This document shows, in pieces, positions 52,296 through 60,095 of a DNA stretch of 64,000 bases. The DNA lies in assembly GCA_016936435.1 (NCBI GenBank), contig JAFGXX010000219.1, positions 306 to 64,305 of the forward strand, given 5' to 3'. The notes under the pieces are model-generated. The model was not told where the DNA came from and did not search any database. It saw nothing but the letters and a program-made list of their open reading frames with translations. The position numbers were made by a program, and so were the translations under genes. The stretch's first letter is position 1. Each line of letters opens with the position of its first letter. This DNA comes from Bacteroidales bacterium. Lineage in GTDB: Bacteria > Bacteroidota > Bacteroidia > Bacteroidales > VadinHA17.

Positions 52296-52868
52296 TCAGA
52301 ATTTGATTATCAGCTCCGACAGTTCGCGTTTTGGCACATGATGATTATGATCATCATCGCGCCAGTATCTGATGTCACCATCCTTCACTGTGTCGATGAT
52401 GACATTCTCTGTTGGCTTACCCAAGGCAAGAATCAGAAGGATCTCATACTTCCCGGGGATATTGAATTCACTCCGCAGCTGTTCACGCTTTATTGAAGCT
52501 ATCATGCAACCGCCCAGGCCGGCTTCCGTTGCACCAAGCATAATACTCTGTGCAGCAATTCCATGGTCGACGCCAAAAGTATCGGTTACCGACATATCGC
52601 CCAGGATAATAATATAAGCTGAAGGCCTCTCTCCCGGTTCCGGTCCGTCCCAGTCTTTCAGATATGCAGCCCACTGAACGGAAGGAAATACTCTGCTGCA
52701 ATCTTCAGGAGAATTCACAAGCATGTACTTAAGAGGTTGCCGGTTTGCTCCGGAAGCAGAAAGCCTTGCGAGATCCACGAGTTCCTCAAGGATTGCTATA
52801 TCCACCCTGACGGATTCATCAAAGCGTCGGTAGGATCGGGTCTTTACTACATAATCTTTAAGCTTCAT
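52296..52868 (-). CDS. Nitroreductase family protein
   Basis: RSYRRFDE, SASGANRQPLKY and GVDHGIAAQSIMLGATEAGLG. Confidence 0.8.
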   Translation of the reverse strand: MKLKDYVVKTRSYRRFDESVRVDIAILEELVDLARLSASGANRQPLKYMLVNSPEDCSRVFPSVQWAAYLKDWDGPEPGERPSAYIIILGDMSVTDTFGVDHGIAAQSIMLGATEAGLGGCMIASIKREQLRSEFNIPGKYEILLILALGKPTENVIIDTVKDGDIRYWRDDDHNHHVPKRELSELIIKF

Positions 52869-52891
52869 GACTGAAAAAATACTATGAAGGC

Positions 52892-54454
52892 TTAATTACC
52901 GTCACTGTAATATCCTTCGCGTGACAGAAGATGATCGAGGTTGGCGAGACCATAGACGACCACAGCAGTAACAATAGAAGTATGATCCTGATATTCAGGG
53001 ATACTTTTGTTATAGAGATCGTTTTCGGTGTGCCATATTTCCTGATAGTTGAAATTATATCCCTTCGAATCGGGAGCTTCGAAGCCCAGAGTAGGTACAC
53101 CTTTTACGGCAAAGGGGCCGCTGTCGGTACCGCTGGCAACTGCCGGTCTGGGCCGTGGAGCTTGTGTTCTCTTTCGCAGCGTAAAGGGAAAATCGGGATT
53201 GATGCTGTTAAGAGGCTCGCACACTTTTACAAAATCGTCATACATAGCCTCCGGCACCGTTAATCCTGAAGCTACTGTGGGGCCTCCGTCACGATTGAAA
53301 TAATTTGAGATTTTCGGTAGTTTGTCACCATTTGTCTCAACCCAGTGTTTGGAACCCAGAAGCCCGAACTCCTCTGCTGCCCACAGACAAACGAGGATCG
53401 TCCGTTTAGGTTTACCTCCTGCTGCCATGATAAGACGGGCAGCTTCCATATTAGGGGTCACTCCCGATCCGTCATCAACACCACCTGTTGCAACATCGTA
53501 GGAGTCGAGATGTCCTCCCATCATCACATATTCATCCGGATATTTTGTTCCCCTTATGACTCCTATAACATTATGGTATTTAACCGGTCCGGGTTTAAAA
53601 TGATTTCTAATGTCGAACTCCAGGAGGAAGTAACGTCGTTCCCTTACCATTTTTTCTATTATCGCATACTGACTTTCGTCGAGTTTTATGTCGCATACTG
53701 TGGGAAGTGTCTCAAAAGTCATTTTGTCGAGATTTTTCCGGTCATAAAGTGCCCTTATCGGTACTGCAGCTGACTGTATCACTCCCAGGATACCGGCTTC
53801 TACCATCTCTTTGTAGAAGAGAGCAGGTTCATCCTTAACCTGAGGTGTTGACTGCTGCGGACCGTAACCCGGAGGCGGTCCGCCGGGACCCTGCATTCTT
53901 CCACCCCTGGATGCCTGCCTGACTGAATCGTTGTAGGCTATTACACCCGCGCGTATCGAATCGCCCTGGGCTGACCAGTCTATCGGCCAGCCGCTGTTTG
54001 TGCCGGTTATCAGTACCCAGGCTCCCTTCAGAGCTCCCTTCATCCTGTCAAAATCAGCACGGGTTTTTGGCTCCAGAAGAACATGTCCTCTCTGGACACC
54101 CTTGGTTCCTGCTGTAAATGAAGGAGTTGCAAAATGAAGAACCATGCCGTTATCCGAAAGCATTCTGCCGAACCAGGGCCCCCGGTTGAATCCCACAGGC
54201 ACACTTCCCGCTTCGTCCATGATCACCTCCATACCCCATTTCCTGAACTCCGATGCACACCACAGAGCTGCGTTTTCGTAAGCATCCGAGCCCACCGGCC
54301 TCCCTCCGAAACGATTAGCGATTACATCAAGATGATGCATCGTACGGTTATCAGTATTACCCAGTTCTATGATCTTGTCAATGACCTTATTCTGCTGGGC
54401 AACAGCGCCGGCAGCAAAAAAACCCATAAGTAAAAGTGAAATTATTCTTTTCAT
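52892..54454 (-). CDS. M28-family aminopeptidase with an inserted PA-like domain
   Basis: Signal peptide. GGHLDSYDVATGGVDDGSG, WAAEEFGLLGS and HTENDL metal-ligand blocks. Confidence 0.8.
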   Translation of the reverse strand: MKRIISLLLMGFFAAGAVAQQNKVIDKIIELGNTDNRTMHHLDVIANRFGGRPVGSDAYENAALWCASEFRKWGMEVIMDEAGSVPVGFNRGPWFGRMLSDNGMVLHFATPSFTAGTKGVQRGHVLLEPKTRADFDRMKGALKGAWVLITGTNSGWPIDWSAQGDSIRAGVIAYNDSVRQASRGGRMQGPGGPPPGYGPQQSTPQVKDEPALFYKEMVEAGILGVIQSAAVPIRALYDRKNLDKMTFETLPTVCDIKLDESQYAIIEKMVRERRYFLLEFDIRNHFKPGPVKYHNVIGVIRGTKYPDEYVMMGGHLDSYDVATGGVDDGSGVTPNMEAARLIMAAGGKPKRTILVCLWAAEEFGLLGSKHWVETNGDKLPKISNYFNRDGGPTVASGLTVPEAMYDDFVKVCEPLNSINPDFPFTLRKRTQAPRPRPAVASGTDSGPFAVKGVPTLGFEAPDSKGYNFNYQEIWHTENDLYNKSIPEYQDHTSIVTAVVVYGLANLDHLLSREGYYSDGN

Positions 54455-54707
54455 CCGTTTATAATTTATTTTTTTGTCTGATGAAACCTACATGTTTGAA
54501 ATTTAAATAAATACATCCTTGCGAAAGCCATACATGCGGGTTACATCATCGCTTTTATTATTTACACTGCAATCTAGCAATAATATGTTAAAATTAATTC
54601 ATCTCCCGGCATGATATTTAGTTTGGTGGGTTATGTGTGATTTAAAAATTTTATTAGATTTGATGAGTGCCTGTTAGTGTATTCAGAGTTAATTTAATAA
54701 GGGTGGT

Positions 54708-56165
54708 ATGTCAAAGGTTGTTGTTCTTGGTGCCGGCATAGCAGGGCATACTGCAGCTGCACATCTCAGAAGGAAACTTTCGGGGAAACATGAGGTTATA
54801 GTGGTCAGTCCTTCCAGGTATTATCAATGGATCCCTTCCAATATCTGGGTTGGGATAGGGAAAATGACAATTGATCAGGTTCGCTTCGATCTCAGACCTC
54901 TGTATAAGAGATGGGGAATACGGTTTGAGCAGGCAAGGGCAACGGCGCTTTACCCGGAAGGCCATGGAAGCGGAAACCTGCCTTTGGTAGAGATAGAACA
55001 TACAGATCATGACCATAAAGGAGAAAGAACATTTATTGAGTACGACTATCTCGTAAATGCAAGCGGTCCCAGACTCGATTTTGAAGCGACAGAAGGTCTT
55101 GGTCCGGGTAAATACACATACTCTGTCTGCTCCTGCGACCATGCTGCAGAAACATGGGAAGCTCTTAAATTGTGCTTTGAAAGAATGGGCAGGGGAGAGA
55201 AAGTAAGACTTCTTTTCGGAACAGGACATCCCACTGCGACCTGTCAGGGTGCCGCCTTCGAATACGCACTCAATGTTGCAAATGAGATAAGGGTCAGAGG
55301 CTTAGCTGACAAAGCAGAGATGACATGGATAACAAATGAATATGAGATCGGTGATTTCGGAATGGGTGGAGCCTTTATCAAAAGGGGAGGCTATGTAACA
55401 TCAACAAAGATATTCAGTGAATCGGTGCTGGCTGAATACGGGATAAACTGGATAAAAAGAGCTGGCATAACAAGGATTGAGAAAGGTACTGCACACTATG
55501 AAACACTTGACGGAACAACAGGGAAAGTGCTTTTCGATTTTGCAATGCTGATACCTGCATTTTCCGGAACCGGTATCAAGGCTTTCGATCAGCAGGGTGC
55601 AGATATAAGCGAAAGGCTTTTTGCTCCCAACGGATTTATGAAAGTCGATGCCGATTATTCAATAAAACCCTTTGAGGAGTGGTCAGTAGCCGACTGGCCA
55701 TCTGTATACCAGAATCAGGCTTACAAAAACCATTTTGCCCCCGGGATCGCATTCGCTCCCCCCCATCAGATATCCAAACCGATGAAAAGCCCGGGGGGTA
55801 TGCTAATAACACCCGCTCCACCCAGGACAGGAATGCCGTCGGGAGTTGCAGGTAAGATAGTTGCAATGAATATTGTCGACATAATAAATAAAGGAAAAAC
55901 CGAGCTAAAACATAAAGCCTCGATGGGAAGGATGGGAGCTGCATGTATCGTTTCTGCCGGCTTCGGCCTTCTCAAAGGTCAGGCTGCAACAATGACGGTC
56001 TTCCCTATAGTGCCCGACTGGGAAAAATATCCGCAGTGGGGTCGCGACCTCAGCTATACCGTTGGTGAAATCGGACTGGCAGGACACTGGATAAAACTGC
56101 TTCTGCACTATCTCTTCCTGCATAAGGCCAAAGGCTATCCTTTCTGGTGGCTTTTACCCGAATAA
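54708..56165 (+). CDS. Sulfide:quinone oxidoreductase-like FAD-dependent disulfide oxidoreductase
   Basis: N-terminal Rossmann motif VVVLGAGIAGHTAA. Candidate redox Cys in TATCQGAAFEY and GAACIVSAGF, at SQR-like spacing. 485 aa. Confidence 0.6.
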   Translation: MSKVVVLGAGIAGHTAAAHLRRKLSGKHEVIVVSPSRYYQWIPSNIWVGIGKMTIDQVRFDLRPLYKRWGIRFEQARATALYPEGHGSGNLPLVEIEHTDHDHKGERTFIEYDYLVNASGPRLDFEATEGLGPGKYTYSVCSCDHAAETWEALKLCFERMGRGEKVRLLFGTGHPTATCQGAAFEYALNVANEIRVRGLADKAEMTWITNEYEIGDFGMGGAFIKRGGYVTSTKIFSESVLAEYGINWIKRAGITRIEKGTAHYETLDGTTGKVLFDFAMLIPAFSGTGIKAFDQQGADISERLFAPNGFMKVDADYSIKPFEEWSVADWPSVYQNQAYKNHFAPGIAFAPPHQISKPMKSPGGMLITPAPPRTGMPSGVAGKIVAMNIVDIINKGKTELKHKASMGRMGAACIVSAGFGLLKGQAATMTVFPIVPDWEKYPQWGRDLSYTVGEIGLAGHWIKLLLHYLFLHKAKGYPFWWLLPE

Positions 56166-56195
56166 CCTTATTAAGAACATTAAAAACATAAGAAT

Positions 56196-56354
56196 ATGGC
56201 AAAGAACATAGTAAGGGGTTACAACGAAGAATCCTACCCCCCGATGCCAACCAGAGCAACAAAATACTGGCGTAAAAGCCTGATTAAACAAATAATAATG
56301 TTTTTCGTCCTGAACCTTAGGATCATGAGAATTATAGTAGGCGGACACTCCTAG
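56196..56354 (+). CDS. Possible 52-aa membrane peptide downstream of the SQR-like gene
   Basis: The ATG at 56196 gives MAKNIVRGYNEESYPPMPTRATKYWRKSLIKQIIMFFVLNLRIMRIIVGGHS. There is one hydrophobic segment, it starts 30 nt after the SQR-like stop, and its stop overlaps the convergent mqnD stop. It is below the 60-aa ORF-track cutoff. Confidence 0.3.
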   Translation: MAKNIVRGYNEESYPPMPTRATKYWRKSLIKQIIMFFVLNLRIMRIIVGGHS

Positions 56355-57187
56355 GGCGTGGTGAGGAAAATCTGCCGGGGCATTTCAGGTATTATTCCTC
56401 TTTCGTGCGCAATCCTGAACAGTTCCGTGATGGCATTTCGCCCCTCTGTACCCAGATTGATCGTGAATTTATTGACATACAGTTTAATGTGGCTGTTCAT
56501 CACATTGCTGTCCATTTCCCTGGCATTAGCACGCACAAAATCATATGAAGCCATTGCATTATGGTATGCATATTCAAGGCTTCTGCGGATTATACGGTTC
56601 ACTTTGAGAGCTGTCTGATAAGGAACCTTCCTGTTGATAACCACAGTGCCCAAAGGGATAGGCAGACCGGTAAGCTTCTCCCAGTACTCACCCATATCGG
56701 CCACCTTATGCAGACCTTTACGGAAATAGGTGAAACGTGTTTCGTGGATTATCAGACCTGCATCAGCCTCATCATCAAGGACAGCCTTTTCAATATCTGA
56801 AAACAGGTATTCGGTTTTATTCTTCGCCTCAGGCCAGGCTATACTGAACAGCATATTGGCAGTTGTATAAAGGCCGGGGATGGCAATTCTGGCTTCGGAG
56901 ATTTTCATCGGATCAAGCAGCTGCTTGCTGATCAGCAGGGGGCCGTTTCTGTAGCCGAGAGCACTGCCCGAATCAAGTATCTGATATTGCTTTGACGCAT
57001 ACGCAAACGCATAATAGCTCATCTTGGTAATATCCATATCTCCCCTGAAAGCTTTTCTGTTCAGTTCCTCGACATCGGCAAGATGATAGTCAAACTCCAG
57101 TCCCTCGCTATCTATCCTGCCGTTGACCATGGCATCAAAAATGAAGGTGTCGTTGGGGCAGGTAGAAAATCCTAATGTCAGTTTCAT
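56351..57187 (-). CDS. mqnD: 1,4-dihydroxy-6-naphthoate synthase (futalosine pathway)
   Basis: N-terminal MKLTLGFSTCPNDTFIFDAMV is the MqnD hallmark. 278 aa. Adjacent to mqnB. Confidence 0.8.
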   Translation of the reverse strand: MKLTLGFSTCPNDTFIFDAMVNGRIDSEGLEFDYHLADVEELNRKAFRGDMDITKMSYYAFAYASKQYQILDSGSALGYRNGPLLISKQLLDPMKISEARIAIPGLYTTANMLFSIAWPEAKNKTEYLFSDIEKAVLDDEADAGLIIHETRFTYFRKGLHKVADMGEYWEKLTGLPIPLGTVVINRKVPYQTALKVNRIIRRSLEYAYHNAMASYDFVRANAREMDSNVMNSHIKLYVNKFTINLGTEGRNAITELFRIAHERGIIPEMPRQIFLTTP

Positions 57188-57189
57188 CT

Positions 57190-57873
57190 TTATGAGTCGA
57201 GCAATTGTAAAAGTTCTTTCAGCTTATCTGACAGATTCTCCAGGGCAAGCGGAATATCCCAGTTTTTAACATTCCTGGGCTCAACCCTGTTTGATACCGA
57301 TCTCAGTGCCAGAAAGGGAATCTTCTCCCGCATGCAAATATAGAAAAAAGTAGCTCCCTCCATTGTTTCGATATCAGGATTATATTTGATGGTGAGCCTT
57401 TTAATAGCTGCCTCCGTACCGGAAGATGTATTTACACTTATCGCACGAACAGGTCTCAGAAGCGCATATGCTTTTTTAACATACTCATTATCAGCCTCAA
57501 GCCAACCATCCCTGAATGGATACCCATCCGGATCCGCAAAGCCTGCTTCTGCAAGAGTTGAAAAACCGCTTTCACTTTCAATACCGGTGTCTGCAAAACA
57601 GTCCTTAACCGGCATTACCACATCACCTTTCTTAATGTCATGCCTGTAACTCCCTGCAATGCCGGCGTTTATCGCGATTCCCGGCAATGAATTTGCCCTT
57701 ATCCATTTAGCCATCTCCCACGAGGTATTCATAGCTCCTACGCCTGTCACCAGAACAGATATCTCAAGGTTACCGTAATAAAACCGGTCGCCATCGGCTC
57801 TCATCCCGGAAATTTTCTTCAATGAATCAGCTTCAGAAAGAGTGGCAAACACGATCAGAACATTCTTTATCAT
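57190..57873 (-). CDS. mqnB: Futalosine hydrolase (nucleosidase fold)
   Basis: LIVFATLSEA, GVGAMNT, GIAGS and METMEGATFF-like blocks. 227 aa. Starts 2 nt upstream of mqnD. Confidence 0.75.
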   Translation of the reverse strand: MIKNVLIVFATLSEADSLKKISGMRADGDRFYYGNLEISVLVTGVGAMNTSWEMAKWIRANSLPGIAINAGIAGSYRHDIKKGDVVMPVKDCFADTGIESESGFSTLAEAGFADPDGYPFRDGWLEADNEYVKKAYALLRPVRAISVNTSSGTEAAIKRLTIKYNPDIETMEGATFFYICMREKIPFLALRSVSNRVEPRNVKNWDIPLALENLSDKLKELLQLLDS

Positions 57874-58032
57874 AATTATGGGTGCCTGGTCACCATTAAA
57901 AATTATAACCCTTATGCAGACCGGAACCTTTACGGTCTGTAATATGTCCGCTTATATGCTATTCAAATATATCGCTTTAACCAATACCAGTAAAAACATT
58001 ATTTGTTAATATTGTATCAAATTCCTGCTATT

Positions 58033-58443
58033 ATGATCTACATCACACGTCGGGAAAGATTCAGTGCTGCACACAGGATGTTCAGGGCAGACTGGTCGGA
58101 CGAAAAGAACATGGAGGTTTTTGGCAAATGCTCCAATCCAACATGGCACGGGCACAATTATATTCTGTGGGTCACGGTAAAAGGTGAGCCCTCGGAGGAA
58201 CACGGATTTGTGATGAACCTGACCACACTTAAGAAGATCATTACCGAGAAAGTGATCGATAAGCTTGACCACAGGAACATGAACACCGATGTGGATTTTA
58301 TGGCAGGCAGAATAGCAACGACTGAAAACCTGGCTATTGCGATATGGGGTGAACTCAGGCCTGTGATTGAAAGAGAGGGTGCAAAGCTGCACTGCGTTAA
58401 AATCGAAGAGACTGAAAACAATTATATTGAATACTATGGCTGA
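58033..58443 (+). CDS. 6-pyruvoyl-tetrahydropterin synthase family protein (COG0720, C-x5-HGH type)
   Basis: [23 protein letters not shown] and LDHRNMN. ATG at 58033; the ORF-track start at 58003 is less likely. Confidence 0.8.
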   Translation: MIYITRRERFSAAHRMFRADWSDEKNMEVFGKCSNPTWHGHNYILWVTVKGEPSEEHGFVMNLTTLKKIITEKVIDKLDHRNMNTDVDFMAGRIATTENLAIAIWGELRPVIEREGAKLHCVKIEETENNYIEYYG

Positions 58444-59083
58444 AAAGAAAAAAAAGTCAAAATGCGCCGTCAGAACCAATGGAAACGGCTATACAAGGAT
58501 TGATAAATGGGATGAGGAGAACATAAAGGAACTATCGGGATTATATTTCAGGATCCTTGAACTTATAGGTGAAGATCCCCGCAGGGAGGGACTGCTGAAA
58601 ACCCCCGAAAGGGTTGCCAAAGCAATCAATTTCCTCACAATGGGTTATTCTCAGAATCCCTGCGATATCCTGAACTCGGCAAAGTTCAGTGAAGATTACA
58701 AGCAGATGGTTATCGTGAAAGATATTGATCTCTACTCCATGTGTGAACATCACATGATACCCTTCTATGGGAAAGCACATGTAGCTTACATCCCCGACAA
58801 GTACATCACAGGACTGAGCAAACTTGCAAGAGTAGTAGAAGCTTTCAGCAGAAGACTGCAGGTACAGGAAAGACTTACCATGCAGATTCGCGACTGCATT
58901 CAGGAATGTCTGAATCCGCTCGGTGTGGCAGTGGTAATTGAAGCTCAGCACATGTGCATGCAGATGAGAGGGGTTCAGAAACAGAATTCCGTGACTACCA
59001 CTTCGGCATTCACCGGAATCTTTCTCAGTAACCTGAACACACGTGAAGAGTTCGTTCATCTCATCGGCTCAAAACTTCATTAG
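58436..59083 (+). CDS. folE: GTP cyclohydrolase I
   Basis: [48 protein letters not shown] and HMCMQMRGV. The ATG at 58436 overlaps the PTPS stop (ATGGCTGA). Confidence 0.9.
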   Translation: MAEKKKKSKCAVRTNGNGYTRIDKWDEENIKELSGLYFRILELIGEDPRREGLLKTPERVAKAINFLTMGYSQNPCDILNSAKFSEDYKQMVIVKDIDLYSMCEHHMIPFYGKAHVAYIPDKYITGLSKLARVVEAFSRRLQVQERLTMQIRDCIQECLNPLGVAVVIEAQHMCMQMRGVQKQNSVTTTSAFTGIFLSNLNTREEFVHLIGSKLH

Positions 59084-59110
59084 TCTTCCCGGATAATATT
59101 GTTCTATAAT

Positions 59111-59992
59111 ATGAAAGCATACGTATTCCCCGGGCAGGGGGCACAGTTTCCCGGAATGGGCAAAGACCTTTATGAAAATTTTCCGGTTGCAAAGGAGTTG
59201 TTCGAGAAAGCAAATTCCATTCTGGGTTTCAGGATCACTGACCTGATGTTCACAGGAACGGCTGAAGACCTGAAACAGACACGGGTGACCCAGCCAGCAA
59301 TATTTCTTCATTCGACAGTTATGGCAGCCGTGCTTGGCGACACATTCAGACCCGACATGGTTGCAGGTCATTCCCTTGGTGAATTTTCGGCTCTCGTGGC
59401 AAATAAAACCCTTTTATTTGAAGACGGGCTAAAACTGGTAGCGAAAAGAGCTGAAGCCATGCAGAAAGCATGTGAACTGAATCCATCCTCGATGGCTGCT
59501 ATAATAGGTGCCGACGATAAACTTGTTGAGGATGTATGTGCCTCGGTTGCCGCTGTCGTGGTACCCGCTAATTATAACAGTCCGGGACAAATCGTTATTT
59601 CAGGGTCAGATGAAGGTGTAGATCAGGTAATTGCAGAACTTAAGAACAGGAACGTAAGAAAAGCCATTAAACTGGCTGTCGGCGGAGCCTTTCATTCACC
59701 CTTTATGGAACCTGCACGTACTGAACTGGCTGAAGCCATTAATGTTTCGCCTTTCGGCAAACCTGTATGTCCGGTCTATCAGAATGTGACAGCTTCACCA
59801 TCAACCGACCCGCCTGCTATCAAAGCCAATCTGATCGCCCAGCTCACATCGCCCGTTCTCTGGACACAAACCGTGCATAAAATGATTGCCGACGGGGCTG
59901 CCTCTTTCACCGAAGTGGGACCCGGATCGGTACTGCAGGGACTAATAAAAAAGATCAACCCCGATGTAGCTACCGGGGGAGTGGTGTTCTGA
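59111..59992 (+). CDS. fabD: Malonyl-CoA:ACP transacylase
   Basis: YVFPGQGAQFPGMGKDL, GHSLGEFSALV and GAFHSPFM. Confidence 0.9.
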   Translation: MKAYVFPGQGAQFPGMGKDLYENFPVAKELFEKANSILGFRITDLMFTGTAEDLKQTRVTQPAIFLHSTVMAAVLGDTFRPDMVAGHSLGEFSALVANKTLLFEDGLKLVAKRAEAMQKACELNPSSMAAIIGADDKLVEDVCASVAAVVVPANYNSPGQIVISGSDEGVDQVIAELKNRNVRKAIKLAVGGAFHSPFMEPARTELAEAINVSPFGKPVCPVYQNVTASPSTDPPAIKANLIAQLTSPVLWTQTVHKMIADGAASFTEVGPGSVLQGLIKKINPDVATGGVVF

Positions 59993-60095
59993 ATTCTTCC
60001 CCTGCTGAGGCTGGTCCAGCACAAAAAAGATTCTGACAGCACTTTTACCTGCCCGCCGGAAACTGCTGTAACTTAAGGAATTCCGGGAGAGGATG

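Noticed and set aside
58367-58435. Longer folE start, and likewise the longer starts at 10686, 13317, 22469, 58003 and 59099
   Set aside because: The internal ATGs give N-termini typical for the families (or signal peptides) and fit promoter-box and stop-start coupling positions. The longer forms rely on TTG/GTG codons or overlap upstream genes.
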